DNA of 63,921 bases, the filler included, from Asterionella formosa (lineage: Eukaryota), in the NCBI GenBank assembly GCA_002256025.1. It is 20 parts of 20 records of this genome, joined end to end, with 100 filler letters (N's around TTAATTAATTAA, not from the genome) between each part and the next. Parts side by side here need not be neighbours in the genome. Positions count along the whole stretch, not along the records: positions 4,015 to 23,920 come from NKIB01003490.1; positions 24,021 to 25,257 come from NKIB01003491.1; positions 25,358 to 26,594 come from NKIB01003492.1; positions 26,695 to 27,931 come from NKIB01003493.1; positions 28,032 to 29,267 come from NKIB01003494.1; positions 29,368 to 30,603 come from NKIB01003495.1; positions 30,704 to 31,939 come from NKIB01003496.1; positions 32,040 to 33,275 come from NKIB01003497.1; 12 more parts are not named here. The stretch is one strand, 5' to 3'. Of this stretch, positions 23,346-34,711 are shown piece after piece. The translations under genes were made by a program, and so were the position numbers. How positions within the stretch are numbered: position 1 is the stretch's first letter; each line of letters opens with the position of its first letter. The notes below the pieces were generated by a model, which had not been told where the DNA came from, did no database searches, and saw only the letters and a list, made by a program, of their open reading frames with translations.

Positions 23346-25357
23346 AGATAGCCGTTTGATGATTAAGATCGTCAAAAAGCCTTAAATGAAGATGATAGGT
23401 CTTGTTTAAAGTAAAAATTTGATGCTAAACCAACGTTTGTTAACGAGTTACCAGCCAATTTTGCCAAAGTATCTCATATGGCATGATGTGACGAAAACAA
23501 TTACGATGTTTTCGCAGCGGCCTTCATATCCAGGAGATAGAAGGAACGGTTCCGTCTTGGCCGCTATAATCAATGGTGCTGTTGACCAACAACTCACCAT
23601 ACCGGGTGCGACTCATATTGCTCCTTTTCCATTGTGGTGTGCGAATGAATTTCACGCAGTCTTGCTTCCAATTCTATTTTGCATGGAGTGCTTGCAATTC
23701 ACGGGAGTTAGAGTGAACTTTATAAATCAAGGCGGAGATGGTTGTATGGGACTGATACTTGACGCACAACAGATCTTCTGCTTGTGATGTCATCTGACGG
23801 ATGGTAAAAGCTTGCTTATCTTCCTTTGCTGCTTATCAGCTATTACTTGTTAATGGTTGCCTTATCAATTTTTTGATAAAATATAGTTGGTGGTTAGTTG
23901 CCAGGAGGTCGAGGCGAAAGNNNNNNNNNNNNNNNNNNNNNNNNNNNNNNNNNNNNNNNNNNNNTTAATTAATTAANNNNNNNNNNNNNNNNNNNNNNNN
24001 NNNNNNNNNNNNNNNNNNNNACCGGAATGTGACATACCGGTCCCAGGTAGTATGTAACGGTACATCCATTCACAATACTGTACATCGTCACATCTCTATG
24101 TACCGTACATCAATCCCAATAGAAAATAATTGCAAGAAATTATGTACAGGTACATGGTAGACGACTGACCTGTATATTTTTTTAGTCGTATCAAAGTGAA
24201 AATACTCGTCCCAACGGCCTTGATGGGGATATAAATAGACATAAATATATAAGATGATGTACAAAACATATTCATGAACGTATATATGTTTCATTTTGGT
24301 CACAGGAGAATATTTTGTAGTATCCATCCTATGTAGATATGATCTACCAGTACTATGAATGTTGCAGTCGATACAGGAACGCACATGGTATGTGCTACGA
24401 CTTTGTTTCGTAGAACAGGTAAGTCAGAGCTAACAAGAAAATAAAAGAAGCAAGCTGGCTAAATAAATATGAATTTGTGGCAAATAGCAATATTTGACAT
24501 CTGTATGTCTACCCTCTTATAAATCAGATCTACCGGTAAGTGGATTGTGAATTCCATTTGAATGAAGTAATTCTGTGGAAAATTTGATACATACAATGCA
24601 TATATACAGAAGGTTTTTGGACAAAAAATGATTGTTTGCAAGAATCTTTTCTGATGATGTTTTGGCAAATACTTATTATGATTCCAATGTTTTGGAGACT
24701 ATTAGAAAGGCTGATTTGGTCATTGTTTCAGACAATGATTGCTCAATATTGGAGTGGTTTGAAGGCAAATGAAATACAAAGGTAATCTTCATATAGATTC
24801 AACATTACTCAATTGAACTTGCCAGCATTACAATCCTGACTCTTGCCTAGCTATTTTTCCATGAACAAAGCATAAGTCAGCAGTCTGAAGCATTGCTGCT
24901 GAAACCTTCCTCATTCACCATGTCTTATTTGGACACTGCCACTCCTGTTGCTTACTCCTCTACTCTTATTCACACTCACCTTGCTCTGCTAAACCTCGCT
25001 GCTGGATTAGCCACAGCTAAATCCGCCGTTCCCTCCAGAGAAAACGAAGCTTGCCTAGCTACTTTGCTTGAATACTTCTAACAGCATTTTCTTCAAACAA
25101 AAACCTATCCAAGAAGCTGTTTGCAATTTATGCCAGCCACATTGTCTTCCAACAGGCACCAACGGCAAGAATATCGCTTTCATCTGATCTCTCTACTGCA
25201 CTGTCAATCCAACTATCTCCTCTCTCAACTCCTAATAACATTTACAGTATTGTCTGANNNNNNNNNNNNNNNNNNNNNNNNNNNNNNNNNNNNNNNNNNN
25301 NTTAATTAATTAANNNNNNNNNNNNNNNNNNNNNNNNNNNNNNNNNNNNNNNNNNNN

Positions 25358-25552
25358 ATAGCTATAGTTATAGAATGATTCTGATTAGAACGCATTTCAT
25401 TTTCATATCGCTCGCTCGTTTCTGCATTTGGCATACTGTACTTGAATTAACTATTGAACTTGTCCGCATCTTTGATACCATTAAGAGAGCGAAAGCAAGT
25501 GGCTCTTTTCACTGTTGTTTGCTTGTAGGAAGAATTTGATATCTGTATCGTA
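25358..25552 (+). repeat. Dispersed repeat, near-identical to 37085-37282; continues as diverged internal repeats to about 25870
   Basis: ATAGCTATAGTTATAGAATGATTCTGATTAGAACGC... occurs in both contigs. GAACTTGTCCGCATCTTTG recurs at 25457 and 25659, and TGTCCGTTGCCTCAAACCTG at 25569 and 25851. Confidence 0.9.
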
Positions 25553-26252
25553 ATTTGCTTGTTGGAATTGTCCGTTGCCTCAAACCTGCTTGGCGTGTGC
25601 GTACACACAGCCACTGTCGACTTGTTTTCATTGGTATGTTGTTCTTGTATTCACAGTTGAACTTGTCCGCATCTTTGTTACCATCAATAGAGCGACGCAG
25701 ACGAAGTGGGTCTCTTCATTGTTGTTTGCTCCTGGAAAAGTCGGTGTCCGTGTCATCCTCATCAATAGAGAGACAAGTTCTTTTTATCATTGCGGTTTGC
25801 CGCTGGAAAAATTGGTACTCGTGGTATCGTCATTCGCTCGTTGGAACCACTGTCCGTTGCCTCAAACCTGATAAGTGGTAGGACTGAAGCGCGTCCAGAA
25901 AGATACGCTCCTTTTCGGCTACTGTGAGACAAATGAGTTCCCCACTTTCCGGATCGACGACACAGTATTCCTCGTCAGGACTAGTTTCGTTTTTGCTTGA
26001 TTCCTATGGGGAGAGATGGAAGTAAGAATTTTTATTTACTGATAAATAGTTACTAACAAAATGGTTATTTGTTTTTAATCAAGTACAGCCATTTGCAAAT
26101 AACCGGACGCTGGTGTCGTTTCTTTTGCTCCATCGACCGAGTCGGACAGAAGTGTCATGTTTATGACAAGTCTCTTCTTTCCAACCACTCCTCATATTCG
26201 AAACCCGTTTGATTCGTTGTTGTGGCAAGTTTTGTTGTGTTGCACAGGAAGT

Positions 26253-26575
26253 CACAAATAGGCGGGATACATCCATCGACCAAGTCGGACAGAAGTGTCA
26301 GGTCAGTTCTTGTCACATCTCTTCGTTCCAACTCCTCTTATTCGAAACCGTTTGATACGGCAGGATACAACCTTCCTCGCTGTTTCCCAAGTCCAATGGT
26401 ACCACCAGAATGCAGCAAAGTTTTCTTCCCCTTCATGATCCTTGGGACTTCGTCATGTTGTGGCGTTCTACCCCCTGCTTCATAACCACAGCCACCCTGT
26501 CGTGGGCCGTTGCAATGCACGATAATGGGTGATGTACCAAATTTTTCCGGTATACCGGTAATAGAGGGGGGGGGG
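26253..26575 (-). repeat. Dispersed repeat (probable transposon terminal region), inverted copy of about 30288-30603
   Basis: About 320 bp of near identity (both give the spurious GGRTPQHDEVPRIM ORF), ending in a poly-G/poly-C run. Confidence 0.9.
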
Positions 26576-27700
26576 GGGCGGGGGGACCGGGTTTNNNNNN
26601 NNNNNNNNNNNNNNNNNNNNNNNNNNNNNNNNNNNNNNTTAATTAATTAANNNNNNNNNNNNNNNNNNNNNNNNNNNNNNNNNNNNNNNNNNNNTTTCAA
26701 TTTTAGCAATACGACAATATTTACTATGAACAAGTCATTTGTTTCACGCATCTACATATAGGATGTCTTAACGCCCGATCGATGTTGTGTTCCAGTTGGT
26801 GAGATAAACGACTTCGAAAATGTTGAGTGAGGCACATCGGAAGATAATAAAATTACCTCGTTTAGCTGGGCCGACATTTTATATTCATATACGATATCAA
26901 ATAATGTTTTATACTCCAAATTAATATAGCTTCCTTTAACGCTTTTCTTGAGGTGGATTATAATTACGGCGCGATTGTGTGCGACATCCCAATGTAAACA
27001 TGCACACTAGTTCACACCATAGCAATTTAGTGATTTTGTACTGTCAACATAGATGCATCCTGAAATGCTCTCGAGACCATCACAATATACCACATTTTCA
27101 TTTCTCCGGATGTTACAACTTAGTATAATGAACCGAAGAAGTACCAAACCTCGAGCAAGTACAGAGTTATTTGTAAGTCTCTAGATAAGGATTTAGTAAA
27201 GCTTGTTCTAAACAACAATGTCAGAGAAGTAGACGTTAGAAAGGCTAGCGGTGGAGGAGTTGTTTTACCAAGTGGCGCTATTGCTATCTAGATTATTAGT
27301 AGCAGACAAAGTTGACACAATAACGTGGCTAACAAAAGACATGGTGAAGTACCCTTTGAAGAAATTGAATAATGACAGCAAAGATCTAGTAGTAGGGGGT
27401 TTGAATTCTATAGTGCTATTGGATTGTTCCCCAGCAGAACGAATCGAAACTAGCAGTACACTTACCTTTGGAACCAGAGCCACCACTACTGCATCGTCCA
27501 CTTTGACACCAGATACATGTAATGCAGATAAACACAGCAGTGAGAGAAACAATAATCTAGCCGATAGACCGGAACAGCATGAGACTCAACAAACACAACT
27601 TTCCGGTGAGAAGGGGGGGAACAAATACAAACGAAAAAAGTGTTCCATTGAGACCATGAAACTTGCTCCAGCACCACAAGCATGTGGTGGGCATCAATCT

Positions 27701-27931
27701 TGATAAGATGGCTTGCCAGTTGGCGCTATTGGCGATCGCGCAAAATAAATGGTTCATGTGGTGGCTGGACGCTTTAAACTGGGAACGGAAGCACTGGACG
27801 ATAAGACTAGGAGAAAAGAAGAGCAGAGTAGAAGGAGAGTGAGAAAGCGAATAAGAAAGTTATGGATTATAAAGCAACATTGAACGAGGTGCAAGCGATC
27901 AGAGTACTCAACAAACGGGCACACAAATGGA
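27701..27931 (-). mobile_element. Possible LTR (U5 end) of an LTR retrotransposon
   Basis: The minus strand is pyrimidine-rich and ends ...CATCTTATCA, the same end as the LTR at 2270. It is followed by AGATTGATGCCC, a possible degenerate PBS. Confidence 0.35.
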
Positions 27932-28031
27932 NNNNNNNNNNNNNNNNNNNNNNNNNNNNNNNNNNNNNNNNNNNNTTAATTAATTAANNNNNNNNNNNNN
28001 NNNNNNNNNNNNNNNNNNNNNNNNNNNNNNN

Positions 28032-29267
28032 TAATCTCGCAAAACTTTTTTCCCAAGCATGTGCAACAATTCCAACTACATCTGTCTTCTCAATTGCAAA
28101 TGGAAGATGGTACAAAGCCTTCTTGGTGAGTAAGTCTCTCTTTGCTTGTGTGAGGTGCATCTTGAAACATCCATTCTGTTCTGTCGAATCCCCAACTTGC
28201 CAGTATGATGTTCCATAGGGGACCCCAATACACACATGCCATGGATGGAGAGGACTATTGATGTATTCAAGGAAGGCCAGATCGAAGCGGGATCCATGGC
28301 CATCAAGCAAAAGGAAGGGAGGGATGCCATCTGACCGATCAAATATGTTTGATGAATCGATTTGTTTGAGCATTGCAGCCAAGAGTTCAGCAGTGATGGA
28401 GCCAGAGTCCGAGCAGCAACACATAGTGGGCATAGTGGTTCCATTTAGCATGCATATTGGTCCCTGTGGGTAGCGCTTGCCAGGTCCAGTGTTGGCAGGA
28501 ATATTGTCAGGAGTTCCAATCCATTCAGCAAAGGGATCAAGTCCTTGAACCCAACCAATCTCCAACTGTTTTGCGGCGAAAATAATTGCACACATTACAG
28601 GGTAACCGTCAGCAGCAGTGAATCCTAACACAGTGAAATGGGCATCCTTGAGAGCACTTCGTTGTTGTGGTCTTCCAGCTGCATTGACCAAAAATTTCTC
28701 ACCCCCAATCTGTCCATCCTTGGCCTGACTGGTGTTGCTTCCAACTTCGTCGACAAAAAGCAGCTTGTCTGGTCTTGTCAATTTATATTTTGTTTGCAAT
28801 CCAAATGCCTCCCCTTCAGTTTCAACCACATCACCTTCCTTGTCAAACCACACTTCCTGCTCCAGCTCCTCAGCAATCTTTCCCATCACCATCTCTTTGT
28901 AAATGTCGGCATACATTGCTTCGAAGTTCTGATAGGTACACCAGTCCGCACGTTTGCTGTCAAACTTAACACCTTTTTTTGCCTTGACATTCAGCCCATT
29001 CCGCTTCATGAATCCTCGCCAGTACCCCTTTCCCAACTCCTTCGTTAACTGCTGCTCATCCCTGAATGAAATACAATGCTTACGACGCCAGATTTGAATG
29101 TTTTCCATTATCGACTTTCCATTTACAAGTGAATTTGCAAGTTGCAGTCCCTCTCGGCATGTGATGGGCGAACGCATTTTACCCAACTGATCAATGAGCT
29201 CCACAATGTAAGGTTCCACTTCAAGCATAGGTGAGATGCGAGCTGTGTTTGTTCCTTGATTTTTTTT
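28032..29267 (-). mobile_element. Pogo/Tc1-mariner-type (DDE_1, CENP-B-like) transposase, truncated at the contig ends
   Basis: HTH region LGKGYWRGFMKRN, first Asp LLFVDEVG, FTVLGFTAADG, second Asp FLLLDGHGSRF, third-Asp region PYGTSYWQVGD. Open frame across essentially the whole contig. Confidence 0.9.
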
Positions 29268-29751
29268 NNNNNNNNNNNNNNNNNNNNNNNNNNNNNNNNN
29301 NNNNNNNNNNNTTAATTAATTAANNNNNNNNNNNNNNNNNNNNNNNNNNNNNNNNNNNNNNNNNNNNTAGCGTTATACATTTTATAAAATTCAAAGGCGC
29401 TCTCGATATGGAACATCTGATATGGTTGAGATGATCATACTCGCATATACATAATTCGAAAATACTCAATGCACTATATGTCCATTGTTTTCCATGACTA
29501 CGTGTACCGGTATTATCTCTGAAATTTGTTTGCATCGATATTTTCTACGTCCGTTGAAACTAATTATTTAGATCGTTCAAATGCCGCAAGGGTTTTGGTA
29601 GCAAATTGTTTAAGCCCCTTTTTTGGGCGGGAGCTCTTCATGTGTACCGGTACATCATATGACAATAACAATGTATCATATATATATAAAGGGTACCAGT
29701 AGCAGGTAGTAACTGATATACTGGGGGTAGTCAGAGTAGTAAACTAGCAAC

Positions 29752-30067
29752 AGAACACCATATGTTCAGGACTGTTGCTACTGCAGTGGGACAGTAAATC
29801 ATCATATTTTTAGGATCGTATGATCGTAAAACTAAAAATCAATAGAACACGAAATGTCTATGACTGCTGCTATTGCAGCGGGACAGTAAATCATCATAGT
29901 TTTAGGATCGTATGATCGTAAAACTAAAAACCAATAGAACACCATATATTCAGGACTGTTGCTACTACCGTGGGACAGTTAATCATCATAGCTCTAGGAT
30001 TGTATGATCGTAAAACTAAAAACCAATAGTCGGAGTAATAAGCGAGCAACAGAACACCATATGTTCT
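29752..30067 (+). repeat. Tandem repeat, 92-bp unit x3 plus a partial unit
   Basis: AGAACAC...GGGACAGTAAATCATCATA..TAGGATCGTATGATCGTAAAACTAAAAA.CAAT starts at 29752, 29844 and 29936, with a partial unit at 30051. Confidence 0.92.
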
Positions 30068-30287
30068 GGCATACCTACCCGGTAGTTATCATAATATTGC
30101 TTTTATGAATTTAACTGGCGCGATAATTAGCCAGGCTGACGAGTTACTACCGGTACCAGGTATTACGTCTACATCTTTTATCAGCACCTTTAAGTAGCAC
30201 CTACGGTTATGGTGGTACTATGTTTTTCCCTCTTATTTTCTGTCGCAGCTCTGTAGACAGGCTGTGAAAGTCAAAGCGCTGCCCTCC

Positions 30288-30603
30288 GCCCCCCCTCTAT
30301 TATACCGGAAAAATTTGGTACATCACCCATTATCGTGCGTTGCAACAGCCTGCGACAGGGTGGCTGTGGTTATGGAGCAGGGGGTAGAACGCCACAACAT
30401 GACGAAGTCCCAAGGATCATGAATGGGAAGAAAACTTTGCTGCATTCTGGTGGTACCATTGGACTTAGGAAACAGCGAGGAAGGTTGTATCCCGCCGTAT
30501 CAAACGGTTTCGAATAAGAGGAGTTGGAACGAAGAGATGTGACAAGAACTGACCTGACACTTCTGTCCGACTTGGTCGATGGATGTCTCCCGCCTATTTG
30601 TGA
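30288..30603 (+). repeat. Dispersed repeat, inverted copy of 26253-26575
   Basis: Direct sequence comparison of the two contigs. Confidence 0.9.
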
Positions 30604-30703
30604 NNNNNNNNNNNNNNNNNNNNNNNNNNNNNNNNNNNNNNNNNNNNTTAATTAATTAANNNNNNNNNNNNNNNNNNNNNNNNNNNNNNNNNNNNNNNNN
30701 NNN

Positions 30704-31939
30704 TCATACCGGTCAACTTCTCGTATTCGCGTAGAAGTTGCATACGAAATTTCTGCATTTGCACCTCCCAGTATTCACCATACTTGTCCTCTTTCCAAGC
30801 ATATTCCACTCCTAGGTGTTTCTGTAGAATACCCTGCTCGGTAATATTGAAATCTTCCTTGATAACATTTTTCATATACCGGTACTCCACTGCACTTGGA
30901 GTCCCACATACAATACCGTCATCCACGTAATTAACAAGTAGACCATCAATTTGTCCATCCTTGTTCCGGTGCATAAATAACATAGGGTCGATCTTGCTCT
31001 TCGTCATACCTGGTTTATTGGTGACACATTTCGCAAACGTCCTGGACCAGCATCGTGGAGCTTGTACTATCCCGTACATAGCCTTCACAAGCTTGCAAAC
31101 ATGTGTATCGGAATCGACTCCGATCAAACCTTGAGGGGGCTCAATATAAATGTCCTCATCGACGTCAGCATTTAGAAATGCTGCTTCCACATCAATAGCC
31201 TCCGCTCGCCAACCGTTGTACATCGTCACTGCGAGTACCGTTTTGATTGTCGCATCGCTTGCAACTGGAGCAAATGTCTCAGTAAAATCGACACCTGGGA
31301 TTTGCTCATATCCCTTCACGACCAATCTTGCCTTGTAAATGGTCTTCCCGGTTAACACATCTTCTTTAATTCGAAACACCCATCTCGTTTTTAGTGTTCG
31401 CTTCTTAACAGTATCACGTTTGATAACTTTCCACACTCCTCTCGACTGGAAGTTTTCATATTCTTTGTTGATCGCCTTGATCCACTCTTTCTTGTCTGGT
31501 CTTGCCATTGCTTCATCGTAGCTTGTTGGTAATCCTGGATCAGAAGCCAGACTTGCGTTGTACACAAAATTCACCTGTGTATTCTTCGTAATTTCCTTCA
31601 TGTTATCCTCCTCGATAACACCAGGCATCTCAGTATCTCCTGAAAATTTCACAATTTTCGTACTCGTAGGATTGAACGATGAGTCCAATCTTCGCATTTC
31701 ACGTGCCAACTTCGCTAGCTTAGACTGAGCACTTTCCGCACGTTTAGCCTTCACAATTGGGGTATTGGTACCTGTAACCTCGTATTTCGTAGTACCATCT
31801 ATCTTAGTTGACTGTTCAGTTTTCCTCCCCAATTCTTGCTTGTCATCATCTTCATCTTCATTATCGGACACTTCTCGAGGTTCGAACTCGTCGTAAAAAT
31901 CGTCATGTAACTCTTCATTATCTTCTCGTACTGATATCT
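30704..31939 (-). mobile_element. Ty1/copia RT fragment, copy 1 of 3
   Basis: SDPGLPTSYDEAM, TRWVFRIK, YKARLVVKGYEQIPGVDF, FAPVA, IDVEAAFLNA, MYGIVQAPRCW, YVDD, HLGV. Confidence 0.95.
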
Positions 31940-32039
31940 NNNNNNNNNNNNNNNNNNNNNNNNNNNNNNNNNNNNNNNNNNNNTTAATTAATTAANNNNN
32001 NNNNNNNNNNNNNNNNNNNNNNNNNNNNNNNNNNNNNNN

Positions 32040-33275
32040 ACTGACCCCAAGTATAACACGAAGGACGTCAAGGAGAGTCTCGAGAGGTACAAGGAGGAGG
32101 GATACCTTGATGGAATCTACCACCTACTCTTGGGAATGGTGGGACCCGATGCCGACGATGAGATCTATAGGGTTAGGAAGATTCCTCCCAAGCCCAAGCA
32201 TGAAACTCATCATGAGGTGCCCAAGAATTCTAAGGAAATGGGGAACGCAGGCAAGGAAAAGGGGGGACAAACTGAAGATACCCTAAAGGCATTTAAGACC
32301 CGGATGTTTAACCACCTCCAGGGAGACGAAGAGTCCTTAAAAATCTTTAGGGAACTTCTTGAGAAGGACAAGACCACCCTAGGAAAGAAAGGGGGTGGAA
32401 ATGGTTCCTACAAAGGAAACAAACGCAAGAAAGTTGAAAAGACTGATGCACGCCGTGTCCGAGCTAAGAAGATTAAGTCTTCCACGCGCAAGGCCGAGAA
32501 AACAAACAGTGACGACGACAGTAATCACTCGATGGCTCAAGCTGCCGATAGGCTAGGCTAAAACCCTACCCATGCTGGAAGCATCATTCTTAGACATTAG
32601 GCATCAGAGAGACCCATATGGTACACCAACTTAGGAATTTAGGAACAACTTAGCGCGATAAAATAGCAACAAATTAACGAAAGTTTTTGTAGGTGTTTAC
32701 TTGTCTTGCTAACCGTTGTTGCTTCAATTCCAGGTATCAAACGTCAAAACATGCTCAAAGCATCCAAGTATGGCGCAACTGGGAAATCTGGCCCACCCAA
32801 TCCAGACCCATACCCACGCCCCATAAATAACACTTTACGCATTGCCAAATTCCCTGAGGGACCATACACGGTCATTGACACTGGAACTGACCAGGGATGG
32901 GCTGGAAATGGATGGAAGATTATCAAACGGCATGGAAAGTCAAAGACTACTGGAGAGGGGGATAGGACCTATCCAGTAGTCGACGTCCTTGCTACCTTAG
33001 TTGACCCTACAACCCGGAAAGACTTAGCCGTCCTTCGGATGAATCAAGTGATGTTCAGGAGCGACTCACGTGAATCACTATTACCACCAGATCAAATGTC
33101 TTGGCATGGACTGAGCTGCGACACTACACCAATTAAGTTTGGGGGTAGACAGCAGATCTTAGGCGGAGACTTTACTCTCCCACTTTGGTGGGATGGAAAA
33201 ACCACGTTCTTCACTCACAAGAAGACCACCAAAGACCATTTGCAAGCATTGAGGATCTGGACCCTCACGGGAGCT
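32040..33275 (+). mobile_element. CoDi-like Ty1/copia gag end + protease region, separated by a putative intron (32521-32733)
   Basis: A Lys-rich gag-like frame ends in TAA at 32559-32561. The same frame resumes with VIDTGTDQGWAG (aspartic protease D-T-G) and SLLPPDQMSWHG...KFGGRQQI...LPL, typical of diatom copia elements. Confidence 0.7.
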
Positions 33276-33375
33276 NNNNNNNNNNNNNNNNNNNNNNNNN
33301 NNNNNNNNNNNNNNNNNNNTTAATTAATTAANNNNNNNNNNNNNNNNNNNNNNNNNNNNNNNNNNNNNNNNNNNN

Positions 33376-34611
33376 AGATATCAGTACGAGAAGATAATGA
33401 AGAGTTACATGACGATTTTTACGACGAGTTCGAACCTCGAGAAGTGTCCGATAATGAAGATGAAGATGATGACAAGCAAGAATTGGGGAGGAAAACTGAA
33501 CAATCAACTAAGATAGATGGTACTACGAAATACGAGGTTACAGGTACCAATACCCCAATTGTGAAGGCTAAACGTGCGGAAAGTGCTCAGTCTAAGCAAG
33601 CAAAGTTGGCACGTGAAATGCGAAGATTGGACTCATCGTTCAATCCTACGAGTACGAAAATTGTGAAATTTTCAGGAGATACTGAGATGCCTGGTGTTAT
33701 CGAGGAGGATAAGATGAAGGAAATTACGAAGAATACACAGGTGAATTTTGTGTACAACGCAAGTCTGGCTTCTGATCCAGGATTACCAACAAGCTACGAT
33801 GAAGCAATGGCAAGACCAGACAAGAAAGAGTGGATCAAGGCGATCAACAAAGAATATGAAAACTTCCAGTCGAGAGGAGTGTGGAAAGTTATCAAACGTG
33901 ATACTGTTAAGAAGCGAACACTAAAAACGAGATGGGTGTTTCGAATTAAAGAAGATGTGTTAACCGGGAAGACCATTTACAAGGCAAGATTGGTCGTGAA
34001 GGGATATGAGCAAATCCCAGGTGTCGATTTTACTGAGACATTTGCTCCAGTTGCAAGCGATGCGACAATCAAAACGGTACTCGCAGTGACGATGTACAAC
34101 GGTTGGCGAGCGGAGGCTATTGATGTGGAAGCAGCATTTCTAAATGCTGACGTCGATGAGGACATTTATATTGAGCCCCCTCAAGGTTTGATCGGAGTCG
34201 ATTCCGATACACATGTTTGCAAGCTTGTGAAGGCTATGTACGGGATAGTACAAGCTCCACGATGCTGGTCCAGGACGTTTGCGAAATGTGTCACCAATAA
34301 ACCAGGTATGACGAAGAGCAAGATCGACCCTATGTTATTTATGCACCGGAACAAGGATGGACAAATTGATGGTCTACTTGTTAATTACGTGGATGACGGT
34401 ATTGTATGTGGGACTCCAAGTGCAGTGGAGTACCGGTATATGAAAAATGTTATCAAGGAAGATTTCAATATTACCGAGCAGGGTATTCTACAGAAACACC
34501 TAGGAGTGGAATATGCTTGGAAAGAGGACAAGTATGGTGAATACTGGGAGGTGCAAATGCAGAAATTTCGTATGCAACTTCTACGCGAATACGAGAAGTT
34601 GACCGGTATGA
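33376..34611 (+). mobile_element. Ty1/copia RT fragment, copy 2 of 3
   Basis: Same 1236-bp sequence and boundaries as 30704-31939 (reverse complement), with a few substitutions. Confidence 0.95.
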
Positions 34612-34711
34612 NNNNNNNNNNNNNNNNNNNNNNNNNNNNNNNNNNNNNNNNNNNNTTAATTAATTAANNNNNNNNNNNNNNNNNNNNNNNNNNNNNNNNN
34701 NNNNNNNNNNN

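Noticed and set aside
27251..27703. 150-aa ORF as a host gene
   Set aside because: GTG start, no domain, and it lies next to an LTR-like segment on a repeat-type contig.
29752..30067. Possible CRISPR array (also considered for 41393-42618)
   Set aside because: Whole units repeat with no unique spacers, there are no cas genes, and the context is eukaryotic.
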